A DNA stretch of 64,000 nucleotides from an uncultured Bdellovibrionales bacterium (GTDB lineage Bacteria; Patescibacteriota; Minisyncoccia; Moranbacterales; UBA1568). A model generated the notes under the pieces. That model searched no databases and was not told the DNA's origin. It worked only from the letters and a program-made list of their open reading frames with translations. The stretch lies in NCBI GenBank assembly GCA_964624415.1, contig CAZUWR010000002.1, forward strand, positions 12,454 through 76,453, written 5' to 3'. The translations under genes and the position numbers were made by a program. This document shows positions 28,416 through 37,399 of the stretch, in pieces; within the stretch, counting starts at the first letter, position 1; every line of letters starts with the position of its first letter.

Positions 28416-29561
28416 TTATTGGCTTTGAAAATTAAAGTTGCTCGCATCAAGGCCGGTATAGCTATTCTGCGTCGAGGTATTGGTGCTACCGACATTCGCA
28501 CCCTTGAAATTCATATCGCCCCATGTTGTATTGCTACTCGTGATACCCTTGCTCGCATCCGTATTGAATGTATCTATACCGGAATTAAAATCGGATGACT
28601 GCCCCGATCCCGAGTTATTCCAATCGACATTAGCCAGCGATGAAAGACCTAAGTTTACACCCGTCGCTCCCGCTATTTCATTATTCACCTTATTAAGCCC
28701 CTCTGTCATAGCAATCCCTATGAAGGATGAGCCCATACTCGACACAAAGGCAGCAACATTATCCGTATTAAATCCCGCGCTTAAATTCAAATTCTGAACA
28801 TCACCCACCAACTGACCAACGGTGTAACCAGGGGTCTGCACAGTTCCGTTTTTCTCAACTGCCTTAAATCCATTATAGGCAATGGCCTGCACATCAGCCT
28901 TACGCTCTTCTTGAGCAACATAGGCAGCGTGAGCTTCCTGCGCTTTGAGCGTGTAGCTTGCCGGATAATTATTCGGGGACATCCCGGCACTAAAGGTACG
29001 CCAATTTGAGAATATCTGTGTCGGCGAACCATAGTTCATCAGATCGACATTCGGGAGTCCGGAATTCATTGCACTGCGAGCTCCGTTAACCAGATAAGAA
29101 TCATAGTTTGTCGTATCTCCGGGACAAAATCGTCCGACACATCCAGGCTGGCTACCCATAGCGATGCCTTCCTGTCGATAATTGGCAGTATTGCGACCAT
29201 GCGTCGTCATGGAGAAAAAATCATTCATATACGTACTCGCCTGCCGTTGCGGATCTGCCACCAAAAAAGTCTGCCAATTGGCGATAAACATAGGGCCCTT
29301 ACCATTGCCGCCGCCCACCATCATCGATATCTGAGTATTCATCACCTGGACCGTCGCTTGTTTAAGCGCGCCCAAAATCGCTCCGTTCAAGCGTAAGGTC
29401 AATTCCTCCTGTGCTTGTTTAAATATCGACGCCGCCATAGCAGCACCCCAAACATCCGCACGAGCACTTTGAACCTCCGTGAAAAAGAATGATGAAAAAA
29501 TCGCCGCTAAAAGCAAGAGTTTTTTAGGTCCTGAGGACAAAGATGATACATTTTTCATCAT
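28416..29561 (-). CDS. Secreted Gly/Asn/Ser-rich hypothetical protein
   Basis: Signal peptide and a low-complexity C-terminal half. It is the downstream gene of a two-gene minus-strand unit with 29574-30611. Confidence 0.5.
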   Translation of the reverse strand: MMKNVSSLSSGPKKLLLLAAIFSSFFFTEVQSARADVWGAAMAASIFKQAQEELTLRLNGAILGALKQATVQVMNTQISMMVGGGNGKGPMFIANWQTFLVADPQRQASTYMNDFFSMTTHGRNTANYRQEGIAMGSQPGCVGRFCPGDTTNYDSYLVNGARSAMNSGLPNVDLMNYGSPTQIFSNWRTFSAGMSPNNYPASYTLKAQEAHAAYVAQEERKADVQAIAYNGFKAVEKNGTVQTPGYTVGQLVGDVQNLNLSAGFNTDNVAAFVSSMGSSFIGIAMTEGLNKVNNEIAGATGVNLGLSSLANVDWNNSGSGQSSDFNSGIDTFNTDASKGITSSNTTWGDMNFKGANVGSTNTSTQNSYTGLDASNFNFQSQ

Positions 29562-29573
29562 AGTGCAGTAAAA

Positions 29574-30611
29574 CTAATTCGAAGTAGGGGTATCGGCGAT
29601 ACTATTTTCCGTCAACGTTTTTTCCATATCATTAGCAAGATCCGTAAACAACTGCATAAATCCTTCTACCTGAGCGAATGAATTGATTTGCGCTAACGGA
29701 TCATTGCTGTCACTTGGTTTGATCTTATCCTTAAACGTCGTGATATATTGAGCTAAACGCAAAGCTTTCATATGCATCGGAAGCATATTCTCAGGAACCT
29801 TTAGATCCTGAAGCTGCTGAGTAATCAGATTTCCTTTTGATACAAAATCATCCAAAAGCGCGGAATTCTCTCCCGAAAGAACCCCCATAGAGTTGGTGGT
29901 TATAAACGAAGCCAATTTTTGCATATCGCCATCGGATTGCAGGGGCACTGGTGATGTATTGACCAGAATATACGATACGGCCGCCACATACGCCAATGTG
30001 TCCTCTTTTATTTTTGCAACTCGATCAGCCTCTGATAAGTTCGAATATTTCTGCTTTTGGATCTTTATCGATTTCACATCAATCTCAGGCAATGTGTCGG
30101 TACTCACATTATCATTAATGGTCTTTTGGACCACACTGCGCAAATCATCCAACGAAAGATTCTGTTTATTAGAAGCACTTTCTTTTAACGCAGTCGCAAC
30201 TTGTCGAGAAACTTCTTCCGTAAGATTCGTTTTTTGAGACCCTGTTTCTGAAGAAACGGCCATTGCAAGAACATCAGCACTCTGAACATCCGTTAGCGTG
30301 CTTACTTTATCCCCAGGAGCTGCTTTTAGAGGATTGTAGCCGCTCTTGATTTCCGTTCCATCCGAGTAACCATCTCCATCCGTATCAGCTTTATGAGGAT
30401 CCGTACCATATAAACGCTCCTCTTCATTACTCAAACCATCCTGATCCGCATCCTGAAAAATATTTTTACTTGAGGTGCTCTGCGTATCAGCTAAAGAAAA
30501 AACAGCGAAACTAAAGGCAAAAAGGCTGCCAAATACAAATGTAGCCAGTTTGAGATTTTTTATTTTTATTTTCTGTGCAAGAAACGTGAACATAGCACCT
30601 GAATATGACAA
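29574..30611 (-). CDS. Secreted protein with thrombospondin-type-3-like calcium-binding repeats
   Basis: N-terminal hydrophobic anchor, then DADQDGLSNEEERLYGTDPHKADTDGDGYSDGTE (DxDxDG acidic repeats). Confidence 0.5.
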   Translation of the reverse strand: MSYSGAMFTFLAQKIKIKNLKLATFVFGSLFAFSFAVFSLADTQSTSSKNIFQDADQDGLSNEEERLYGTDPHKADTDGDGYSDGTEIKSGYNPLKAAPGDKVSTLTDVQSADVLAMAVSSETGSQKTNLTEEVSRQVATALKESASNKQNLSLDDLRSVVQKTINDNVSTDTLPEIDVKSIKIQKQKYSNLSEADRVAKIKEDTLAYVAAVSYILVNTSPVPLQSDGDMQKLASFITTNSMGVLSGENSALLDDFVSKGNLITQQLQDLKVPENMLPMHMKALRLAQYITTFKDKIKPSDSNDPLAQINSFAQVEGFMQLFTDLANDMEKTLTENSIADTPTSN

Positions 30612-30656
30612 TACACTCTTTATTCAACTATACCACTAGTTTATACTTTCGCAAAA

Positions 30657-32210
30657 TTATGGTCTTTTTATTGTCAAAAATGTATTTTTGTGTTCTATTA
30701 TTAAACCGGCGCTTAAACCACAAACTATCCAAAAAAGCAATTGCCCTTGCTGTATATCCCACAAATAATGATCAGCAATCAAAATAGGAAGAAAACCGAT
30801 AAGCGCTGCGCGCGCATACACATTCAAATAGATTAGCTTCTGTAAAAAATTCTGAGCATCATTTAAAACGACAGTTGTTAACATAGTATGTTTTAGCTTA
30901 CTTCCGACAAGCGTTATGTACCACATCGTAAAAATGAAGAATCCAATAACTCCCAGTTCCGCCCAAATAAGCAAGAATACATTATGTACGGGCTGCAATT
31001 GCCAGTCATACAGTGGATAAATAGTCTGCTGCGCCATAAAAATAACCAGTTGTCCACAACTTATCCCCAAAATAGGGTGGTTGTGTATAACATCAAAAGC
31101 TACCTGTTGATAGAGTACTCGTTCTCTAAGCGATTGAAATAAAAGCGCGTCTTTATCCACTCTTACATAAAACTCTGTGCAAACAAACGCTCCTACAACA
31201 AGTATCGCCACACTAAAAACATGCTTAAAATTAAACTTCTTTAATCTTACTGTATTTTTTCTCATACCAGCATACTCATGCTTTGTTCCACGTGAAACAA
31301 TGACGATAAAACAAACGCTCAAGAGAAATCCTAGAATGGCTGATTTCGAAAAACTTACTCCCAATCCAATGATCTGTATAAGTAAGACTCCATAGTACAT
31401 CAACTTGCCTTGCTCCTGTTCCACGTGAAACATTTTGAAATACATATGGCTCAAAAGGATAGTGCAGCATAAAAAGCCTCCTAGTATATTGGGGTGTGGG
31501 AAGGTACCATAGGCGCGAATGTACTTATCGCCATCAAGAATGATTTTTGCAACCCCCAAAGACGATGGCTGGAGAATACTTTCACGTAAGAAAGTGAGTC
31601 CCAATGAATGCTGCAGCATGAATTGCCCTATACTAAGGGAAGATTCTAAAACACCTGCTAGTATAAAAATACCGAGCACCTTTCGAAAAATAACCTGCTT
31701 TTGAGCTAGCGCATATGTTCCATGTGGAACAATGTGAAACAGTGTAAAGAGGTACAGTCCGTACAATTCAATTAACTTACACACAAAGAAGATCCCTACC
31801 ACACTATCTCTTGCCCAGAGCAAAGAGGCGATTGACCATAGTATCAATACCACAGGAAATCCTACGAGGACACTCCTAGTGTTCCACGTGAAACATTTCC
31901 TTGCTATTGACATAAGTTTTAAATCGTGTCTTTCTTTTAAAAACCATGCTCCTAGAGCAAGCATAAGCATTATGTCAGACAGGTAGAGAGATATATCAGC
32001 ATACTCATTAAATGCTCCGTGCAGTGGTCTGTACCATAAAACCTTCCTTATAGACAAGGGAAGGGTGAAAAGAAAGCCGTAGAAGAGATATACGTCGATT
32101 TTTCCCTTCATATTTTTACCTATGTCTTTCACACTCTTTTCATTAAATGAGGCTTCATTGACTCTAGTATACAGAGTTTTGCTTTTTTTGGATATTTGAC
32201 GAATCTCCAA
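30657..32210 (-). CDS. O-antigen ligase/polymerase-family (Wzy_C-like) polytopic membrane protein
   Basis: 517 aa with more than 10 predicted TM helices. It is the longest frame in the region. Four copies of a 16-bp palindrome sit inside it (see the repeat feature at 31284-31905). Confidence 0.55.
   Translation of the reverse strand: MEIRQISKKSKTLYTRVNEASFNEKSVKDIGKNMKGKIDVYLFYGFLFTLPLSIRKVLWYRPLHGAFNEYADISLYLSDIMLMLALGAWFLKERHDLKLMSIARKCFTWNTRSVLVGFPVVLILWSIASLLWARDSVVGIFFVCKLIELYGLYLFTLFHIVPHGTYALAQKQVIFRKVLGIFILAGVLESSLSIGQFMLQHSLGLTFLRESILQPSSLGVAKIILDGDKYIRAYGTFPHPNILGGFLCCTILLSHMYFKMFHVEQEQGKLMYYGVLLIQIIGLGVSFSKSAILGFLLSVCFIVIVSRGTKHEYAGMRKNTVRLKKFNFKHVFSVAILVVGAFVCTEFYVRVDKDALLFQSLRERVLYQQVAFDVIHNHPILGISCGQLVIFMAQQTIYPLYDWQLQPVHNVFLLIWAELGVIGFFIFTMWYITLVGSKLKHTMLTTVVLNDAQNFLQKLIYLNVYARAALIGFLPILIADHYLWDIQQGQLLFWIVCGLSAGLIIEHKNTFLTIKRP
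31284..31905. repeat. Four intragenic copies of the 16-bp palindrome-like motif TGTTCCACGTGAAACA (31284-31299, 31417-31432, 31890-31905) and the variant TGTTCCATGTGGAACA-ATGTGAAACA (31716-31741)
   Basis: Exact 16-mer matches. The arms TGTTCCA/TGGAACA surround a CACGTG core. The copies fall in three different reading frames of the host ORF (CFTWNT, MFHVEQ, VSRGTK, FHIVPHGT). Confidence 0.7.
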
Positions 32211-32248
32211 AATCTGCTATGATACTAGTGTTTCATATGGTATCGTAA

Positions 32249-32322
32249 GGGCCTGTAGCTTAGCCCGGTAGAGCGCTTCCATGGCATGGAAGAGGTCAGG
32301 AGTTCGAATCTCCTCAGGTCCA
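32249..32322 (+). tRNA. tRNA-Ala (GGC)
   Basis: GGGCCTGTAGCTTAGCCCGGTAGAGC…CTTCC-ATGGCAT-GGAAG…GGAGTTCGAATCTCC…CAGGTCCA, including the G3:U70 Ala identity pair. Confidence 0.85.
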
Positions 32323-32398
32323 CAAAAACAACTGCGTTTATAGTAAGAATATCTGACTAAATTGGTTCGACAATACAAAAAACAATCCTAATACGCAC

Positions 32399-32824
32399 AT
32401 GGGACATTCCTCTCAAAAAAGCCTCGGTTACGCTTTATCTCAACTCAATCGGCTGTGGAATCAACGCTTTATGGAGAAATTGCGTGCCCAAGGGTACTAC
32501 AATCTCAAACCATCGTTTTGCGTTGTATTTATACCTCTTTTTGAAAATGACGGTCAAAGTGCATCAGATCTTGCTCGCGAAGCGAAGATAAGCAAACAAA
32601 CTATGAGTATCTATGCTCATGAATTGAGACAGCGCGGGTATATCAAAATGGTTCAAGATACCACGGACAAAAGAGTATACCGGATTTTTCTCACTGCTAA
32701 GGGGTCACTCCTCCATAAGGTATTCGAATCAACACAGCATTCTATCAGTCAGGAACTCTGCGGACACCTTCTTGCTTCAGAAGCAGCTGAGCTTTCACGG
32801 ATTTTAGAAAAATGCTTTAAATAA
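32399..32824 (+). CDS. MarR-family transcriptional regulator
   Basis: A winged HTH of MarR type (…ASDLAREAKISKQTMSIYAHELRQRGYIKMVQDTTDKRVYRIFLTAKG…). Confidence 0.7.
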   Translation: MGHSSQKSLGYALSQLNRLWNQRFMEKLRAQGYYNLKPSFCVVFIPLFENDGQSASDLAREAKISKQTMSIYAHELRQRGYIKMVQDTTDKRVYRIFLTAKGSLLHKVFESTQHSISQELCGHLLASEAAELSRILEKCFK

Positions 32825-32968
32825 AACCATAAAAGGAAATTTACATCCTAAAATAGAAAAGTATTTGCCAAAAAGAAAGTTTTCTGTTACTCTGTAAAAG
32901 TAGTAATTTATAAGCACTAGCGCATATTGGTTTTATGTATAAAACGAGCATGCTGCTACCACAATGTT

Positions 32969-33235
32969 ATGGCGCTCACGCACCAACAGAAGGATAAAGT
33001 AACAAAAGATATTAAGAGGCATGATAAAGATACCGGCTCTCCGGAGTATCAGATCGCTCTTTTTACCGAAAGAATCAAGAAACTTACGACTCACCTTAAA
33101 AAGAACAGTAAAGATTTTCATTCCCGGCGCGGATTGTTGAAAATGGTAGCAAAAAGACGAAAATTGATGTCCTATCTAAAAAAAACCGATGAGGCATCTC
33201 AGCAGACATTGGCCAAGAAACTCAACTTGAAATAA
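32969..33235 (+). CDS. rpsO: 30S ribosomal protein S15
   Basis: MALTHQQKDKVTKDIKRHDKDTGSPEYQIALFTERIKKLTTHLKKNSKDFHSRRGLLKMVAKRRKLMSYL. The track ORF starts at 32927, but the ATG at 32969 is the likelier start. Confidence 0.9.
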   Translation: MALTHQQKDKVTKDIKRHDKDTGSPEYQIALFTERIKKLTTHLKKNSKDFHSRRGLLKMVAKRRKLMSYLKKTDEASQQTLAKKLNLK

Positions 33236-33242
33236 GTACTCG

Positions 33243-33285
33243 ATGCAGGTTTTCTTAACCTGCATTTTGGTTTTTTTATTTTATG
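33243..33285 (+). terminator. rpsO terminator hairpin
   Basis: GATGCAGGTTTTCTTAACCTGCATTTTGGTTTTTTTATTTT. Confidence 0.7.
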
Positions 33286-33298
33286 AGCAAATAGTTAT

Positions 33299-33796
33299 AT
33301 GGCAAAATTTAAAGAGCAGCGTGTTGGAATGCTAGTAGATATACAAAACATCTACTACAGTGCTCGCGTATTGTACGGGAAAAAAGCGAATTTCAAAAAC
33401 ATTCTCTTAGCCGGGGCTGGGGACAGAAAGCTTATTCGAGCCATAGGGTATGGCATCAGCACGGTTGAGGGGATGGAAGAGAAATTTTTTGACGCGCTTG
33501 AAAAATCAGGTTTTGAGGTAAAAACGAAGGATCTTCAGATATTTCCGGATGGCGCTAAGAAAGGTGATTGGGATGTCGGGCTCGCTATCGATGCCATCAA
33601 AATGTCTCAGAGTCTTGATGCGGTTATTCTGGTTTCCGGAGATGGAGACTATATTCCCTTGGTGGAATATATCCAAAACACCACCGGTTGCCGTGTTGAG
33701 CTCATCGCTTTCCAAGAGTCGACAAGCGGAAAACTCATCGAAAAGGTGGATGATTTCCTCAATCTCTCTTCGGATAAAAAAAGATTTCTTATTTAG
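33299..33796 (+). CDS. NYN/LabA-like (PIN-like) domain protein inserted between rpsO and pnp
   Basis: LVDIQNIYYSA … AIGYGI … GDWDVGLAIDAI … VILVSGDGDYIPLV, matching the NYN acidic-residue pattern. Confidence 0.7.
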   Translation: MAKFKEQRVGMLVDIQNIYYSARVLYGKKANFKNILLAGAGDRKLIRAIGYGISTVEGMEEKFFDALEKSGFEVKTKDLQIFPDGAKKGDWDVGLAIDAIKMSQSLDAVILVSGDGDYIPLVEYIQNTTGCRVELIAFQESTSGKLIEKVDDFLNLSSDKKRFLI

Positions 33797-33819
33797 CTCT
33801 GTTTATCTCCTAAAAATCA

Positions 33820-33850
33820 CCCTTAATTCGGGTGGTTTTTTGTTTTGTTA
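33820..33850 (+). terminator. Terminator after the NYN gene
   Basis: AATCACCCTTAATTCGGGTGGTTTTTTGTTTTG. Confidence 0.55.
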
Positions 33851-34036
33851 ATGATTAGCTATTCAAAACGGAATGTGAGTTTTATTTTTTGACAAAAACT
33901 GAAAAATACTTCACACTAAGAACAGTTTTCATTAATAAGCACACCTTCTCTCAAAGACTGAGGCACTGTAGCGTAGTGAAGTATTGCTTCAATGCGGCAC
34001 CGTGTTAGAGTCTGTGAGTGATGGCGCTCTAAAACT

Positions 34037-36166
34037 ATGCAAGAGAAACAATGGTCCCTCCAGATCGGGGGACGTGAGCTGGTTATTTCAACCGGTCTTT
34101 TAGCGGATCAGGCGAATGGATCAGTAACAGCTCGATATGGCGACACCGTTATCCTCGCTACCGCTGTTATGAGTAAAGGGGCTTCAAGGATAAATGGGTA
34201 CTTTCCGCTCATGGTGGATTTCGAAGAGCGCTACTATGCTGCAGGAAAAATCAAAGGTTCAAGATTCGTTAAGCGCGAGGGGCGGCCATCTGATGACTCA
34301 GTGCTCGCAGGACGTGCGGTTGACAGAACTATCAGGCCACTTTTCAATCCCCGCATGCGCAATGAAGTACAGGTTATCGTCACAACACTCTCTTTCGATG
34401 GCGAGAACTCTTCTGATATCGTTGCTATGATAGCCGCATCCGCAGCACTTTCCCTTTCGGATATTCCTTGGAATGGCCCTATCGGAGCTGTACGTGTCGG
34501 ACTCATTAATGATCAGTTCGTCCTCAACCCGGTCAATGAAGAACGTAAAGAAAGCGCGCTCGATCTTTTGATTTCCGGAACACAATCAAAAATCAATATG
34601 CTCGAGGTCGGAGCTAATGAGGTTCCTGAAGAAACCATTACCAAAGCCTTTGCATTCGGATTTGAAGCCCTCCAAAAAATCGCGGCATTTATCGAAAGTA
34701 TCCGACAGGAAGCTGGTAAAGAGAAAGCTCTCCCGGCACTTTTGAAAGGTTCGGATGAATTCGAAGCAAAAATCCGTGAACTGCTCTTAACAGAAAATAT
34801 CGGCGATGCCCTATATCTTAAAGATAAAAAGGCTGTGTATACTCGCACAGACGAAATACAAGCAACTATTACAGAGTACATCAATACCAACTATGCTGAA
34901 GAATCAGCTAAACTCCAGGATGTTGCCAGGCAAATATTCGACGAAGTTTCCGATGAAATCGTTCATGCAAATGTCTTGGAAAAAGGTTTGCGTCCGGATG
35001 GAAGAAGTTTAACAGAAATCCGTCCTATCACTTGCCGAGTGGGTATTTTGCCACGAACACACGGCACAGGACTCTTCACTCGCGGTGAAACACAAGCGCT
35101 CACTATCACCACCTTAGGCGCACCTGGAGACGAACAGACTATCGATACCATGGAAACAGACACCAAGAAGCGGTATATCCACCACTATAATTTTCCACCC
35201 TATTCCGTCGGCGAAGTTCGCCCGATGCGTGGACCTGGTCGTCGAGAAATCGGGCATGGGGCTTTGGCTGAAAAAGCCCTTCTTCCTGTGCTTCCAAGCA
35301 AAGAAGAGTTTCCTTACACCATGCTGCTTGTTTCGGAAGTTCTTTCTTCCAATGGGTCTTCCTCTATGGCATCGACATGCGGATCAACACTCTCACTTAT
35401 GGACGCGGGTGTGCCTATTAAAGCGCCGGTAAGCGGTATTGCTATGGGTATTATCGTCGGTGATGAAAAAAACTTCAGAGTACTCACTGATATCCAAGGT
35501 CTGGAAGATCACTACGGTGATATGGATTTTAAGGCAGCAGGAACAACCAAAGGTATCACAGCCGTACAAATGGATGTCAAGGTTGATGGTGTAACACTTG
35601 AAATGCTTGAGGCGGTTCTTACTCAATCCCATGGTAATCGCAAAGAAATCTTAGAGAAGATGCTCTCCGCTATTCCGGAATCCCGTCAAAACCTCTCAGT
35701 CTACGCTCCACGCATTATCACGCTACATATTAATCCGGATAAGATCCGTGATGTTATCGGGCCTGGCGGTAAAATGATCAATCAAATCATCGATGAAACG
35801 GGTGTGTCTATCGATATCGAAGATGATGGCTCCGTGTTTATAACATCCGCAGATGAAATAAGCGCTAAAAAGGCAGTAGAATGGATCAATAATATTACTC
35901 GGGAAGTGATGGTGGGAGAAATATTCACTGCACGCATCACCCGTATTATGACTTTTGGCGCTTTTGCTGAAGTGCTTCCGAATCAGGAAGGTCTCATCCA
36001 TATCTCAGAACTCTCCGCTGATCGTGTTGATAAGGTTGAGGATGTAGTTTCGGTAGGGGATATGGTCTCGGTAAAAATAAAAGAGATTGATAGCCAAGGA
36101 AGAATCAACCTTTCTATGAAGGCAACAAAACAACCTTCACCGGAGAATAGTGAGAATCTCAGTTAG
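34037..36166 (+). CDS. pnp: Polyribonucleotide nucleotidyltransferase (PNPase)
   Basis: Two RNase PH domains, a KH and a C-terminal S1 domain (…GEIFTARITRIMTFGAFAEV…). Classic rpsO-pnp neighbourhood. Confidence 0.95.
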   Translation: MQEKQWSLQIGGRELVISTGLLADQANGSVTARYGDTVILATAVMSKGASRINGYFPLMVDFEERYYAAGKIKGSRFVKREGRPSDDSVLAGRAVDRTIRPLFNPRMRNEVQVIVTTLSFDGENSSDIVAMIAASAALSLSDIPWNGPIGAVRVGLINDQFVLNPVNEERKESALDLLISGTQSKINMLEVGANEVPEETITKAFAFGFEALQKIAAFIESIRQEAGKEKALPALLKGSDEFEAKIRELLLTENIGDALYLKDKKAVYTRTDEIQATITEYINTNYAEESAKLQDVARQIFDEVSDEIVHANVLEKGLRPDGRSLTEIRPITCRVGILPRTHGTGLFTRGETQALTITTLGAPGDEQTIDTMETDTKKRYIHHYNFPPYSVGEVRPMRGPGRREIGHGALAEKALLPVLPSKEEFPYTMLLVSEVLSSNGSSSMASTCGSTLSLMDAGVPIKAPVSGIAMGIIVGDEKNFRVLTDIQGLEDHYGDMDFKAAGTTKGITAVQMDVKVDGVTLEMLEAVLTQSHGNRKEILEKMLSAIPESRQNLSVYAPRIITLHINPDKIRDVIGPGGKMINQIIDETGVSIDIEDDGSVFITSADEISAKKAVEWINNITREVMVGEIFTARITRIMTFGAFAEVLPNQEGLIHISELSADRVDKVEDVVSVGDMVSVKIKEIDSQGRINLSMKATKQPSPENSENLS

Positions 36167-36237
36167 CTAAAAACGACTTTTTATTATACAATAAGGATAT
36201 CTTTATAAGGTATCCTTATTTGTTTATCATTCTTCTT

Positions 36238-37323
36238 ATGTCGTTTTTTTCTCAAAAGACACCTTCTCAAAATAATCCTGGCGGACCTGCCTTGAAAGTA
36301 AGGACTATGCAGGATGATATCAATAATTTTTCCGATGCGCCAGCTGAAAAAACAGTTCCCGAAATGCCAGTCATACAAACACAAAAGACTGAGCCGCTTA
36401 AACCGGTTGAGAATATTCCTCAACACAATAATTCGCCATTTGCCAATACTCCGCCTCCATTAGCTGCATCAACATCCAAAGGACCCTTCACGCAAAACCC
36501 CTTCATAACAACACCTCAAACCCAAGATGGTCAGGTACAACAAACACCAACTAGCTTCCAAAAAGATCCGTTCATGCAGGCAAATGATTTCAATGCCAAT
36601 ATACATATAAGTGGCACCTCTTCAACCACATCGAAAGTGCTTTCTTTTTTGGTAACACTTATCATACTAGCCTCCATAGGCGGAGGAGGGTATTATTTCA
36701 TACACACAAGAAATATTGATGTATATTCCTTGCTAGGAAAAACGCCTATACAGGAAACTCCGAAATTACTCTTCTCTAGCGAAAAACCGAATTATCTTCC
36801 TCTAGATAGCTCTATTAGTACCCCTCAGGCATTTCAAACGCTTCTCGCCCAAACAGCGCAGCAAGTGACCAGCCTTAAGAGCACAAAACCTATCGAATTC
36901 TTCGTCACGGACGCCAATAATAAACCGCTTTCTTTTAGGGAATTTTCGAAACTTTCAGGCATACAACTTTCTTCGGCAACGCTTAACGCGCTTGGCGATA
37001 CCTTTTCCCTCTTTGTCTACACAGATGGTCAACGCACCAACATAGGACTTTCTATTACAATAAAAGATGTTACTGCGCTCAAAGAAAGTTTCAAACAAGA
37101 AGAACCTTCACTCATACAATCGCTTACGCCGCTTTTCCTCAACAATTCACCAACAGTAACAACAAAAACATTTAGCGATGGCTCTTACAAAAATATGCCC
37201 CTACGCTATCTCAATCTTCGCGAAGACACGTCGCTCTCTATCGACTATGCTATTACCACTACTCATCTTATTATCGGAACAAGTATGAAAACGCATCATG
37301 CATTACTTGATATTGTTCAATAG
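36238..37323 (+). CDS. Pro/Thr/Gln-rich membrane-anchored hypothetical protein
   Basis: Low-complexity N-terminal half, one TM helix (LSFLVTLIILASIGGGGYYFI), then a C-terminal domain. The track ORF begins at a TTG at 36220; the ATG at 36238 is the likelier start. Confidence 0.45.
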   Translation: MSFFSQKTPSQNNPGGPALKVRTMQDDINNFSDAPAEKTVPEMPVIQTQKTEPLKPVENIPQHNNSPFANTPPPLAASTSKGPFTQNPFITTPQTQDGQVQQTPTSFQKDPFMQANDFNANIHISGTSSTTSKVLSFLVTLIILASIGGGGYYFIHTRNIDVYSLLGKTPIQETPKLLFSSEKPNYLPLDSSISTPQAFQTLLAQTAQQVTSLKSTKPIEFFVTDANNKPLSFREFSKLSGIQLSSATLNALGDTFSLFVYTDGQRTNIGLSITIKDVTALKESFKQEEPSLIQSLTPLFLNNSPTVTTKTFSDGSYKNMPLRYLNLREDTSLSIDYAITTTHLIIGTSMKTHHALLDIVQ

Positions 37324-37354
37324 GGATAGTGTGTTAAGAAATACCAAAAATAAT

Positions 37355-37390
37355 TCTCTTGTAAAAGAGAATTATTTTTTTAAGGCTTAT
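37355..37390 (+). terminator. Strong Rho-independent terminator
   Basis: AAATAATTCTCTTGTAAAAGAGAATTATTTTTTT (perfect 13-bp stem). Confidence 0.75.
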
Positions 37391-37399
37391 ATACAGAAA

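Noticed and set aside
30657-32210. A CRISPR array suggested by the recurring palindromic 16-mer
   Set aside because: Spacing is irregular (133, 299, 174 bp), the unit is only 16 bp, and all copies are inside a continuous 517-codon ORF with membrane-protein features. No cas genes are nearby.
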